Shown here: piece after piece, positions 1 through 20,710 of the stretch | Numbering within the stretch: position 1 is the first letter of the stretch | How the letters are laid out: every line of letters begins with the position of its first letter | Assembly (NCBI RefSeq): GCF_009914755.1 | Contig: NC_060935.1 | Length of the DNA stretch: 64,000 nucleotides | Direction: 5' to 3' (one strand) | DNA from: the human T2T-CHM13v2.0 reference genome, Homo sapiens | Program-made: the position numbers and the translations under genes | Notes under the pieces: generated by a model | What the model saw: the letters and a program-made list of their open reading frames with translations, nothing else | What the model was told of the DNA's origin: nothing | Databases searched by the model: none

Positions 1-777
1 TGTAAGTTCTAGCTGATCAGGAGGCAGAGGCGAGAGGATCACTTGAGTCCAGGATTTTAAGGCTGCAGCGAGCCATGATTGCACCACAGCACTCAAGCCT
101 GGGTGACAGAGCAAGACTCTATCTCTAAAAAATAATAAAAAAAGATATATTCTTTATGAATTTTACAACAAAAAAATTTGATTCACCCAACAGTTTTATT
201 TTTATCTATTTTTACTGATTATTGGTGGGTTATAATGAAATTTCTTTGTTAGTCATTATTTCTACCAAGTCCACCTTTTCCTGACAGTAATTTGAACCAT
301 TGTTGGATTTATCTTGTATTGATTATTTCTAAGTAGAATTTTCCCAGGGAACAACTTTGCAGATTGCAGTGTTACCAGCAAAGATGGGATCATTCAGTTT
401 GCTTTTTTATCCATAGTAAATTTCATCATGTGTAGATTTAGCCATTGTCAGTTTAATTTTGTGTTGATTATTTCTACCATAATTTTTTTCTGCAACCCCA
501 TCAAAACAAACTCGAAGTCAAAATGACAGTGTCAAAACGCTATCCTTTGCCTGTTACTATCTGATTAACTTGTACTTTGCAAGGGTTTTCTCCCAGCTGT
601 GTTAACATGCTTCTTTGCCACCTCTTTCTCAAAGCATCTCTTCGGGAGCTTTGGCACATATGCGTCAGCTTTACTTTAAGAATTGCTCTAGGCCAGGCGT
701 GGTGGCTCATGCCTGTATTCCCAGCACTTTGGGAGGCTGAGGCGGGTGGATCACTTGAGGTCAGGAGTTCGAGATCA

Positions 778-986
<209 letters not shown>

Positions 987-2609
987 CTAGAATCACAGGA
1001 AAATGGACATTAGAGATCATGCTAGGAGAACTGATCTTGAATGAAGCAGGTATTATGCTGGTGTCTTAAGATCCATTATCTCATTAAATCTTTCAGCTTA
1101 AACATCCCTCACATGTCCATTTTATAGTAGAGGAAATTGAGACCGGGAGAGAGGAAGGGATTGGCCACACTAGGATTAGAACCAGGCCTTGGTTTAATCC
1201 TCAGTGCAATTGGAATGATTATAAATTCCAAAGTTATCTCATTTAATTTAAAAACTTTTGTAATGATCTTATTGGAAAATTAAATATAATTTTTCAGTTT
1301 AGCTAAGACTTAAAACAAGAGAAATCACATGAATATAAACAGAGCACTCTCAAAGAGCTTTTTGTCACAGCAAATGAGACAAGAGGTGTGAAAATGTTTT
1401 GTAAATGACCCAACACTGGGCAAATGGAAGTTATTGCCATTTATGCTGAAGACTATTATATAAACCTGCTATGCCTGCTTGCCAGAGTGTTAGAAAGCTA
1501 ACAGCATACCATTAATATCGACAGATGAGTATCAAATGCCCATCCTAATATTTAATTATAATAACCAATATTAAAAGCAGAAAATTGCATCCTGCTTATC
1601 CTCAAGACCTAATTCAGACATCAAAAAGCATCTGCTGACCTCTGGCTAGGTTAGAAGTCCACTCTGGGCTCCCACAGCTCTGCTCACATTCTGCGATCAT
1701 TGTCTATATGCTGCCCCCAAGGACAAGGCTTAAGGTGGTCTGATCCACCTCTGTGGCCCAGAGCTCAGTCCAGCTCAGGGCTTCTCACAGGGTAAGGGTT
1801 CAATAAATGGTGGTTGAATTAATGAATCAATCAATTAACATGACAAGTATATAGACTATATAATCAATTAGAATGACAAGGGAAAAGTACACATTAAATA
1901 AAGTTAAGGGCAAGAGTGAATCACGAATCTGCATGAACTGATTACAGACACTGAAACTCTTGTACAGCAGCAACTATACAAGGAAGGAGCCTTGATGTTC
2001 TAGGTTCAATTCCTGCCTCAGCCACTTCCTAGCTGGGTGTCCTCTGTCAATTCACTGCCCCGGATGTGCCTGTTTCCACATCTGTAAAATGATCAACCTG
2101 GCCCAGTGCAGTGGCTCACACCTGTAATCCCAGCACTTTGGGAGGCTGAGGCAGGCAGATTGCATGAGCCCAGGAGTTTGAGACCAACCTGGGCAACACA
2201 GTGAGACTCCATGTCTACAAAAAATACAAAAATTAGCTGGGTGTGCTGGTGTACATCTGTAGTCTCAGCTACTCAGGAGGCTGAACGGGAAGGATTGCTT
2301 GAGCCTGAAAGATTGAGGCTGCAGTGAGCCAAGATCATACCACTGCACTCCAGTCTGGGCGACAGAGCAAGACCGTATCTCAAACAAACAAACAATCAAA
2401 AGCCAACCTTGGAGACCTCCTAGGGCAGATAAAATTGTTAACTAAGGTAATAGATGCTTTGCATGTCATGAAGAGCTGATAGAGTGAGAATTGTTACTGA
2501 CAAAGACCAGAAGATAATCTGGAGGGAAATGGTTGGAGTATAAGTCTAGCAGGATCCTTTACATAAAATCCCTCAAGTTCATAAAGTTGGGAAAAAAAAG
2601 TATACCAAT

Positions 2610-3109
2610 TGTAGCAGGTTGAATTGTGTCTCCCCAGAAGATATTGACCAAGTCTTAACCCCCATATTTGTGAATGTGACCTCATTTGAAAGCAGGGCCC
2701 ACGGTGGTCCGATGCATCTCTGTGGCCCAGAGTTGGTCTAGGTAGATATAATTAAGAAAGGATCTTGGGATGAGATCCTCCTGGATTTAGGTGGTCCCTA
2801 AATCCAATGACCGATGTCTTCATAAGAGAAAGCTCTGTGCCTGAGACATAGAGCAGAAGGCTATGTGAGAATGGAAGCAAAGATCAGAGTCAGGAAGCCC
2901 CAAGCCAAGGAATGCCAAGAATACTGGCAGCCACCAGAAGCTGAGAGGCATGGAACCGATTCTTCCTCAGCACCTCCAGAAGGAACTAATCCTGCAAACA
3001 CCTCGGTTTCAGACTTCTGATCTCCACAGCTGTGAGAGAATACACATCTGTTGTTTTAAGCCACCCAGTTTATGGTAATTTGTTAAGGCAACTTTAGGAA
3101 ACAAATACA
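2610..3109 (+). mobile_element. Solo MaLR LTR (MLT1B/C-like)
   Basis: TGTAGCAGGTTGAATTGTGTC start, TTTAAGCCACCCAGTT...AAATACA end, 5-bp TSD CCAAT. Confidence 0.85.
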
Positions 3110-4739
3110 CCAATTAAGTTGGGTTAGGAAACTAATACACCAATTAAATTGGAAACCCATGAAATCAAATAATTAGCAAGTATTTTAAGCCCCAGATTCA
3201 GAGGAGCCTGTTTTGGTAAATGTTCATCAGTTCTGGGCCGGGCGCGGTGGCTCACGCCTGTAATCCCAGCACTTTGGGAGGCCAAGGTGGGCAGATCACC
3301 TGAGGTCGAGAGTTCAAGACCAGTCTGACCAACAATGGTGAAACCCAGTCTCTACTAAAAATACAAAAAAAATTAGCCAGGTGTGGTGGCTGGCACCTGT
3401 AATCCCAGCTACTCAGGAGACTGAGGCAGGAGAATCTCTTGAACCCAGGAGGCAGAGGTTGCAGTAAGCGGAGACTGCGCCAGTGCACTCCAGCCTGGGC
3501 GCCACAGAGCGAGACTCCGTCTCAAAAAACAAAAACAAACAAAAAAAATGTTCATCAGTTCCATTTAATTTGTCATCCCTAACAGCAGCTATGGAAAACT
3601 GATGTTAACATTCATTGTCTTTGAATCTGTGCCTTTTCTCTTTTTAAGTCCTATTGTACTCTTAGTTCTTGCCTTGTCTCCTGGGATAGCCAATATTTCT
3701 AATTAATGTGTGAAAAACTCTGATGTCATACAAAGTGCACAGAGACAGGGAGGCCAGACCTGGATTCATACCCCACCTGAGTAACTTACAGGCTGTGACA
3801 CTGGAAAAATATCTTCTCCTTACTGGACCTCTATGTCCTAAATTGTAAGATGTGATTATCGTTATCTCCTTCACAGGATGAAATGAGTTAATTCATGGAA
3901 AACCCAGTGCCTAATCCAGGACTTTCATAACTTTGCCTTGTACAGAGAGCAAGAGAGATCTGGGGGCAGGGGACAGGAGGAGGTGGTATTTGCTTGTTTG
4001 TTTCTGGAGTTATGTTTGAATGATGGGAGATAGGGAACAAGGGAGCCACCAATTTTCATTTTAGCTAGAAGGTGGGAAGTCTCTCCCAAAAAAGGGTCAG
4101 AACTGAAGGGCTTTTATTCCCAGAAGAGCTGAGTTTCCTCCAGCTGGAAGGTGATGAACAACATTGAATATTTATTCATTTTTCACTCAGCTTAAAGTAC
4201 GAACCAGGTCTTTTGCTGGTGCCAGGGGCCTAAGGCAGACTCAAGCGTGGCTTTGTCTCCAAGGAACTCACACTCTAAGGAATACACTGACACAATTACA
4301 TCCCAGCGTAATCAACGCCGTGGCAGAAGAGAGCGAGGGGCTGCAGGAACCCAGAAGAAACACCAGGCCAAGCCCAGTGTTACCACCTGCACATTCTCCT
4401 CCAGCTGCTGTAAACTCCACAATGGCAGTGGCTCACACCTGTAGTTCCAGCACTTTGCGAGGCCAAGGTGCAAGGATCGCTTGAGTTTAGGAGTTGGAGA
4501 CCAGCCTGGGCAACGTGGCAAAACACTGTCTCTACAAAAAATAAAAATAAAAAAATTAGCCAGGTGTGGTGGGGCACACCTGTGGTCCCAGCTACCCAGA
4601 AGGGAGGATCACTTGAGCCTGAGAGGTCAAGGCTACAATAAGCTATGATCGCACCACTGTACTCCAGCCTTGAAAACAGAGTGAGACCCTGTCTCAAAAA
4701 AATAAATAAGTAACAAGATTTCACTGCCAATTTAAGTTT

Positions 4740-5020
4740 GACTGCCAAAAGTTTATTGTAATGATGAGCACAAATAATATTTTGAGATATCTGCAACAAT
4801 TGTGATATGAAAACACCTGTGATTTCTGTTAGTGACAAAGTCACAAGTACTGTGGCACTGCAGTTTGACTGTGGTTTGTTATGTATATTCAGAATTGGAG
4901 GAAATACTAAATTTCTGTAAATATAAATGAATGTAAAAATGTAACTTTCCCATCCAAGATTGTGGAGCCCCTGAGTTCTCTCTGTGGACTCTCAGATAGG
5001 TTCCAGGTAAAGAATCTCTC
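4740..5020. mobile_element. hAT-Charlie-type DNA transposon remnant
   Basis: GATATCTGCAACAATTGTGATATGAAAA...GTGACAAAGTCACA...CATCCAAG; an inverted relative lies at 27.8-28.8 kb. Confidence 0.45.
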
Positions 5021-5770
5021 TCACAATTAGTTGGACAAGAGCAGGGTATCTGGGGAGGAATGACAAAGATTGAGGGTTTGTGCCTGTGACAGTGATTTTT
5101 AATCAGGTGTTACATTGAAGAGGTAGTGGGATAGAGTTGGCAGAGACTAAAGAGCCAGACAGAATTTAATTCCAATCCTCCTCCCAGTCTGTCCTTGCAC
5201 CAAACCAAGCTATGTGATCTTGGGTATAAGTCATTTCACCTTTCTGAAAAATGCAGAGACTGACATATAACCTCATTTAAGAGAGTCCAATGTAAATTTC
5301 TCATCAACTCTAAAGCTCTGCACAGAGACAAACAAGACACAAATATTTTGTGTTTTGTTTTATTTTGTTTACATTTGTATTGTTTTGGTTTTTATTAAGG
5401 AAGTAAGCTCTAGAAATGTTGGCAGGAGGCACTTAAGGATGTCAGGGTGGAGTAGAGCAGAGTGGACAAGATCAGGAGAAGTTGTCTCAGGATGGAACAA
5501 CCTAGCACTTCTCAGAGAATATACTCTAAGTAAGCAAAACAGTACAGAGAGCGGGGCTGAGGCAGGAAAGCCTCCCAGAGGGAAAAGCTGGGAAGCTGGA
5601 GCCCCCACAAAGGCCAAGGCTGTGTCCAAATACCTGTGTTGTTTTATGTTCTTGTTCATAAAATCCAATAGATAGGCCAGGCACAGTGGCTCACGCGTGT
5701 AATCCCAGCACTTTGGGAGGCTGAGGCAGGCAGATCACTTGAGGCCAGGAGTTCGAGACCAACCTGACTA

Positions 5771-6106
<336 letters not shown>

Positions 6107-6146
6107 TTAGCTGTAAATTGATAATTAGTTCAAGAGACTTGATTAA

Positions 6147-6460
<314 letters not shown>

Positions 6461-7723
6461 TTATTCTCAAGTATAATATGGGGAAAAGATACCCCATATG
6501 GTGTAGTATACTTTCATCAGAGGCAAATAATGTGAAACTGTTTCTGTCTTGAGGATGTTATCGTTCACTGATGATGATTCCTAGATCCAGTAATCTATTA
6601 AATGTTTCAAAATGGTGACATTATAATTCTATCATCTCCTCTTCCTTTACTAGCTGGAATTTTTCTTCTCTTCATCAACTATTTAATTACCCTGAAGTAT
6701 GTAATTCATTCAGAAAAGACTACAATAAATGCTTGATACTTTCCTTTATTTGCCGATTTTCTGAACAATTAGTTCATAGCATTCTCTAAAGGTGACCAAT
6801 GAGTTTTTGTTTTTGTAGTATCATTACGAATTCCTGGATTTAAATATGTGTAATGTATTTTCATCCACTGCAGTTAGTATTCTTGGCTCCAGCTAAGCTT
6901 AGCGGGAGCTTCTTCAATGTGGCTCCTGACACAACCCCCAATGGCCTTTGACAGATTCCTTGATTCCTGGTTCAGCAAGACCTTCCAAGCTCACTTTGCA
7001 TTTCCTTCCCTGAATATAGAATCTAAGTAAGCAAAACAGTAGAGAGAGCGGGGCTGAGGCAGGAAAGCCTCCCAGAGATAAACCAAGAAGCCCTGGTTTA
7101 TTTAATGGCACTTACAGTCTAGGTCTAAGTGCTTATTGTTATTGGTTAGTCATTGTTTCTGGGCTTTTCTTTTTAGTGGATGAAGTTGGGAAATAACTTG
7201 TTTTTTCGGCCGGACGCGGTGGCTCACGCCTGTAATCCCAGCACTTTGGGAGGCCAAAGTGGGCGGATCACGAGGTCAGGAGATGGAGACCATCCTGGCT
7301 AACACGGTGAAACCCCGTCTCTACTAAAAATACAAAAAATTAGCTGGGCATGGTGGCGGGCGCCTGTAGTCCCAGCTACTCGGGAGGCTGAGGCAAGAGA
7401 ATGGCGTGAACCCGGGAGGCAGAGCTTGCAGTGAGTGAGCTGAGATCACGCCACTGCACTCCAGCCTGGGCGACAGAGTGCGACCCTGTGTCAAAAAAAA
7501 AAAAAAAAAGAAATAAAGAGAAATATGTAGAGAGAGTCCATTCTCTGTTCTTTTTTTACAGCTGCATCATATTGCATTCTATAGATGGATTTTTGCTAAT
7601 TTTGAGAGTGAGAAATTGTTTCTCAGTGTAGTTTTACTTTGCGTTTCTCTTATTATGAGCAAGGTAGGTCGTCAGGTCGTCTTTTCATAAGCTTAAGGAT
7701 TATTTGCATTTCTTTCTCGATAA

Positions 7724-8029
<306 letters not shown>

Positions 8030-8220
8030 TAAAGTGCTGGGATTACAGGCGTGAGCCACCTCACCTGGCCTTCTATTTTTTTGGGTGGGGGTGGGGGTGG
8101 GGATGGGGGTGGAGACAGAGTCTCGCCCCATCACCCAGGCTGGAGTGCAGTAGCACAATCTCAGCTCACTGCAACCTGTACCTCCTGGGTTCAAGCAATT
8201 CTTGTGCCTCAGCATCCTGA

Positions 8221-8444
<224 letters not shown>

Positions 8445-8978
8445 TAGTCTGAAAAAATAATATACTTGAAGAAAGCTGCAAAAATAGTACATAGAAAAAA
8501 ATAAACATAAGAATAAATAGTACATAGAGTCCCATGTACCCTTCATCCAGCTTCCACCAATAGTGACATCTTATATAATGGTAGTGTAATATCAAAACCA
8601 AGAAATTTACATTGGTAATTTTTTTTTTTTTGAGGCAGGGTCTCATTCTGTTGCCCAGCATGGAATGCAGTGATGCTATCATGGCTCACTGTAGCCTCAA
8701 TCTCCTGGGCTCAAGCAATCTTCCCACCTCAGCCTCCTGAGTAGCTGGGACTACAGGCACGTGCCACCACACCCGGCTAATTTTTAAATTTATTGTAGAG
8801 ACAGGGTCTTGTTATGTTGCCTAGGCTGGTCTAGAACCCCTGGGCTCACGTAATCCTCTTGGCGTTGGCCTCTCAGAATACTGGGATTATAGTTGTAAGC
8901 CATCGTGCCTGGCCAGTAAAATATTTTTAACTAAACTACAGACTTGGTTAAGTTTTCACCATTTTTCACGTGCATTAA

Positions 8979-8979
<1 letters not shown>

Positions 8980-9015
<36 letters not shown>
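8980..9015. repeat. (TG)n microsatellite
   Basis: About 17 TG units. Confidence 0.95.
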
Positions 9016-9018
<3 letters not shown>

Positions 9019-9473
9019 ATTCGATGAGATTTCTTACATACAAATTCATGTACCGCCACCACAGTCAAGATACAAAACTGATCCATGCACTACAAAGGAA
9101 CTCCCTTGTGCAGTCCCTCCTCCCTTGTCCCCTGGCAACTACTAGTAAGTTCATCTCTCTGGTTTTGTCATTTAGGAAATGTAACCTTTTGAGATTGACT
9201 TTTCATTAAGCACAACCCCCTTGAGATCCATCTAAATTATTACATGCATCAATAGTTCATTCTTTTTGATGACTGGATAGTATTCCATCATGTGGATGTC
9301 CCAGAGTCTGTTTAGCCATTTACTCATTGAAGGATATCTGGATTGTTTCCAGTTTTTTTTTTTTTGTATTATGAATAAAATAAAGCTCTATGCACATTCA
9401 TGTATAGGTTTTTGTGTGAACAAAAGTTTTTATTTCTCTGGGATACATGCCTAACAGTATGATTGCTGGGTCA

Positions 9474-9644
<171 letters not shown>

Positions 9645-10578
9645 CTAGTCGGGAGTAGTGACGCACGCCTGTAGTCCAAGCCACTTGGGAGACTGAGGCA
9701 GGAGAATTGTTTGAACCCAGGAGGCGGAGGTTGCATAGAGCCAAGTTCATGCCACTGCACTCCAGCCTGGGTGACAGAGCGAGATTCCATCTCAAAAGAA
9801 AAAAAAAACTGCCAAACTGTTTGCCACAGTGACTGTATCATTTTATGTTCCCACCAGCAATGCATGATGATTCAATTTCTCTACATTCTCATCAGCATTT
9901 GGTGTTATCACTTTTTTTTTAAGTCTACCTGTTCTAATAGCTATGTCCCGAAACCTCATTGTGGTTTAAAGGGTTGTTCTTTTTCCCTCTATTTTCAGAA
10001 AGTCTTTATATATTGTGAACAATCACCCTTTGTCAGTCAAAACTGATTTCAAAGAGGGTAAGAAGTCTGTGTTTCAGGCCGGGCGCCATGAGTCACAACT
10101 GTAATCTCAGCACTTTGGGAGGCTGAGGCTAGTGGATTTCTTGAGCTCAGGATTTCAAGACCAGCCTGCGCAACATGGGGAGATCCCATCTCTACAAAAA
10201 AAAAAAAAAATTCAATTTGTGGGGCATGGTGGCATGCACCTATTGTCCCAGCTACTCAGGAGGCTGAGGTGGGAGAATCACTTGAGCCCAGGAGATCAAG
10301 GCTACAGTGAGTTACGATCTCACCACTGCATTATAGCCTGAGTGACAGAGTGAAACCCTGTCTCAAAAAAAAACTTATACGCTACATAATCGACAGAAAA
10401 AACAAAAACTGAAAATGGCTAAATCATATACAGTGAAATTACTTATTGACTAAAAGTTGATGGAAAAATCAAAAAAATGTTGGCTGGGCGATGATGGCTC
10501 ATGCCTGTAAACCCAGCAAGTTGGGAGGCTGAGGTGGGCAGATCACCTGAGGTCAGGAGTTCGAGACTAGCCTGATCA

Positions 10579-10875
<297 letters not shown>

Positions 10876-11561
10876 TCACACGTGTAATCCCAACACTTTG
10901 GAAGGCTGAGATGGGCGGATTGCTTGAGCCCAGGAGTTCAAGACTAGCCTTGTCAACATGGTGAAACTCTGTTTCTACAAAAAAATACAAAAATTAGCTG
11001 GGTGTGGTGGCACACACCTGTAGTTCCAGCTACTCAGGAGACTGAGCTGGGAGGATCGCTTGAGCCTGGGAGGTTGAGGCTGCAATGAGCCATGATTATG
11101 TTACTGTACTCCAGCCTGACAGAGTGAGGTGAGACCCTGTATCAAAAAAAAAAAAAGACCACAAAAGATAACTTACAATGGCAAGAGCTATAATTATTAA
11201 GCTGTGACATAGATTTTTAAGATTGATGGATGACTCAAATAATCATAAAATTTATATTGAAAATCATTTTTCAGATGAAGATAATTGAGTTCAAATTAAA
11301 TGAAAATGGATAAGTCAGAAATAGATTTCACAGGCTATGTAGAAAATCAAAGGTATTGAACTGATCTAATGGCATTTGTTCTGGTAAATATTCTCAGTGA
11401 AAAATAATCAATATGATGTAATTCTATCTAAAAGCCTATATTCATAAACACAAGACAAAAACATCTGTAGGGTCAAAGAGGAATTCAAATAGCCTGACAC
11501 CCTGCTGGAACTCCAAAGAGAAAACAGAAATGGAGACAGTGGCCAAGCATTTCCTGATTTA

Positions 11562-11615
11562 TGTTTTGTTTTGTTTTGTTTTGTTTTGTTTTGTTTTGTT
11601 TTGTTTTGTTTTGTT
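11562..11615. repeat. (GTTTT)n repeat derived from an Alu tail
   Basis: About 10 perfect units. Confidence 0.95.
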
Positions 11616-12519
11616 GAGACAGGGTCTCACTCTGTAACCCAGACCGGCATAATCTTGGCTCGTTGCAGCCTCAAGCTGCCTGGGCTCAGGTGATCCTCCC
11701 ACCTCAGCCTCCTGAGTAGCTGGGACTACAGGTGTGCATCACCACACCCAGCTAATGTTTGTATTTTTTGTAGAGATGGGGTTCCACCATGTTGCCAAGG
11801 CTGGTCTGGAACTCCTGGGCTCAACTGATCTTTCCACCTTGGCCTCCCAAAATGCTGAGATTACAGGTGTGAGTCACTGTGCCTGCTGATTAATGTTTTG
11901 TCAAGGATATTTATTTGATTATTTCATCAAAAAAACTTTCACTGTATGCAGTTTTACTGTTGTAAGTTTCATTTTTTTCTGTTGATTATGTAGTGGTTAC
12001 TGCTTACCTAGTAAAGGCCCCTACCTTGGGGCCCCATGTTTTAATACCTCCTTTGTCTATTCATCTCTCTGTCCATTCAGCAGATATTTAGCAAGTGCCT
12101 ACTCTTTGCCAGGCCCTGGCAGAAGAATCAATCCAAATCCATGCCCTCAACTAATAACAGTTTTACTTACTTATCGATCGATTGATTGATTGATTGATTG
12201 ATATGGGGTCTCCCCCTGTTGTCCAGGCTGGAGTGCAGTGGCACAAACATATTTCACTGCAACCTGAGGTCCTGGGCTGAAGGCATCCTCCTGCCTCAGC
12301 CTCCTCAGTAGCTGGGACTACAGGCGTGTGAGACACCGTGTCCAACTAATTTTCATATTTTTTGTAGAGACAGAGTCTCATTATGTTGCTTAGGTGGTCT
12401 CAAGCTTGTGGGTTCCAGCGATCCTCCTACCTCGGCTTCCCAAAATGCTGAGATTACAGGCACGTGTCATCATGCTGGGCTATTTGTTTTCTTTCTAATT
12501 CTACATCTTTTTTTGTCTC

Positions 12520-15120
<2,601 letters not shown>

Positions 15121-15612
15121 TGAGAAATAGGTCCTGCCCTAGAACCTTGCACAGATGAGTGTGAGGGACTGACACATAATGAGACAATAACTGTGAGAAT
15201 GTTTAGACATTCTGGCAGAGAAAAATCCAGTAAACACTCAAAGTTTTGTTCCTACTGAACTCCTGGAAGTTCCCTGAATGCAGATTTTGTTTTTCCCTAT
15301 AAGACTATGGTGGTTGCTGGGTGCAGTTGCTCAGGCCTCTAATCCCAGTACTTTGGGAGGCCAAGGTGGGCAGATCACTTGAGGTCAGGAGTTTGGGACC
15401 AGCCTGGCCAATAAGGTGAAACCCCGTCTCTACTAAAAACACAAAAATTAGCTGGGCATGGTGGCACACACCTGTAGTCCCAGCTACTTAAGAGGCTGAG
15501 GCAGGAGAATTGCTTGAACCCAGGAGGCGGAAGTTACAGTGAGCCGAGATTGCGCCACTGCACTCCAGCCTGGGCGACAGAGTGACACTCCATCTCAGAA
15601 AAAAAAAATGAC

Positions 15613-16013
15613 TATGGTGGTTAATTTTATGTGTCAACTTGACTGAAATAGAGGATGCCCAGACATTTGGCTAACCATTGTCTTGATGTAGCTGTGAGGG
15701 TTTCTGGAAGAGATTAACATTTGAATCCGAAAACTAAATAAAGCCCTAATGTCGGTGGGCCTCATACAATCAGTTGAAGACCTGAACAGAACGAAAAGGC
15801 TAAGTAAGAGGAAACTCCTCCTGCTTGACTACTTGAGCTGGATGGGTATCAGGTCTTTTCCTACCTTTGGAGACAGGCTGAAACTTCAGCTTTTCTTGAG
15901 TCTCAAACCTGCTGGCTTTCAGGCCACATTGGTGCTCCAGGTACTCCTGGGTCTTCATGTTCTGACTGCGGATTTTGGGACTTCTAAGCCTCCATAAGAG
16001 CATGAGCCAGTTC

Positions 16014-16015
<2 letters not shown>
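15613..16015 (+). mobile_element. MLT2-type (ERVL) LTR, 3'-truncated
   Basis: Begins TATGGTGGTTAATTTTATGTGTCAACTTGACTG (MLT2 5' end) and directly precedes HERV-L internal sequence. Confidence 0.82.

Positions 16016-16062
<47 letters not shown>
16016..16062. repeat. (TG)n microsatellite at the LTR/HERV-L junction
   Basis: About 23 TG units. Confidence 0.95.
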
Positions 16063-18515
<2,453 letters not shown>

Positions 18516-18886
18516 TAAGAGTGCCAGAGCTGGTGTCCATGTTCATAATGAAGCATCCTAACTGATGAAACAAAAAGACAAGGCTGGGTGCGGTGGCTCA
18601 CGCCTGTAATCTCAACATTTTGGGAGACCCAGGCGGGTGGATCACCTGAGGTCAGGAGTTCGAGACCAGCCTGGCCAACATGGTGAAACCCTGTCTCTAC
18701 TAAAAATACAAAAAATTAGCTGAGCATGGTGGCACATGCCTGTAATCTCAGCCACTCAACAAGAGCAAAACTCCATCTCAAAAAAAAAAAAAAAAAAAGA
18801 AAAGAAGAAAAGAGAGACAGTAAGGAGAAGAGAGGAGAAAGTAACTCAGAGAAAACAAATCCACTCTGAAGCCGTTCTGAGAGTAA

Positions 18887-19138
<252 letters not shown>

Positions 19139-19581
19139 TGACCTCAAGTGATCTGCCCGCCGCGGCCTCCCAAAATTCTGGGATTACAGGTGTGAGCCAC
19201 CATACCCACACCCAGCCCTCACTGAGTTTTGAGGCAACACATGGCATTTTTGTGGCAACTGACTAATATCAGCAATAGGAAATTCAGGAAAAGAAAGAGA
19301 GGATGTCACTGGGGAGGGCACACAGGGCTTCAGAGTATTAGTAATTCTCTGTTTTTCAAGCTGAGTAGTGAGTTCATAAGTGTTCATTACATACATCATT
19401 ATTCTTTAAACTTTAGACATCTATTTTACATACACTGTTATTTTTTATTTTTTTAGAAAAAAGGTCTTGCTTTATCACCCAGGCTGGAGTGCAGTGGCAC
19501 AATCACAGCTCACTGCAGCTTCAAACTCCTGGGCTCACACTGTCTTCTTGCCTCAGCCTCCCAATTATACATACTCTGTTA

Positions 19582-19902
<321 letters not shown>

Positions 19903-20184
19903 TTAAAAAAAAAAAAGAAGGAGAAGTTTGGGACCCGGTGCTGAATGGAAGGTGGTTTGAGACAGGTGGGCAGATTTCAAGGGCTGGTGCAGAACAAGGA
20001 TGGAAGGGCTAGAGTACAAAGATGGATAAAACCAGTGCAAAGTGGGTAAGACAATAGTTGGATCCAGGTGGTAGAATCTGAGGGGATTTTATTTTCTTCT
20101 TCACCTTTTTCTGGGCTTCCCAAATATTCTATAATGAACATACATGACTTCTGTAATCAGAGAAAAGGACAAAAAATATTATGA

Positions 20185-20710
20185 TGGACACTATTGGTCA
20201 CTTCCCAACAGGCATTTTCTTTCTTCCCTGTTGACAGCATGAGTCATGATTGGTCTAATCCAGCCCTGGTAGTAGTCTCCTTCCTCTGTCGTTTGTTAAG
20301 TGGTGTCTTTGGGTCCCAGTTCTGACCAATGAAATGAAAGGGCAAGTCTGCTGAGGGGCAGGATTTTAAGAAAGATTTTCTTACTTGAGAAAAAAAAAAG
20401 AAAAAGACAAAAACAGGAGAGACAAGGCAGGAAGCTCTTCTGATATTCCCATCTAGGTTTCGGGTGTTGTCAGGTCATGATATGATATTTGGATCTGCAG
20501 CCGTCATCTTGCAACCTTCAGGGAAGATGTTGCCACAGTGAGTGGCTGAGGGGAGAGATGGCCAGGCCCTCGATGACAGGTTGAGCCACTGAGTCAATCC
20601 AAGGACTATTCTGCTAACTTCTTGTTAAGCAAGGTACAAAACTTCAATGGCTCCAGTCACTTTTGGTTAGAAAGAGTCAGTTACAGCCAAAAATGTGCTA
20701 CTTGACACAT
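20185..20710 (+). mobile_element. Old MaLR/ERVL LTR remnant
   Basis: LTR-like motifs (CCCAGTTCTGACCAATGA, GCAGCCGTCATCTTGCAACC); subfamily uncertain. Confidence 0.5.
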
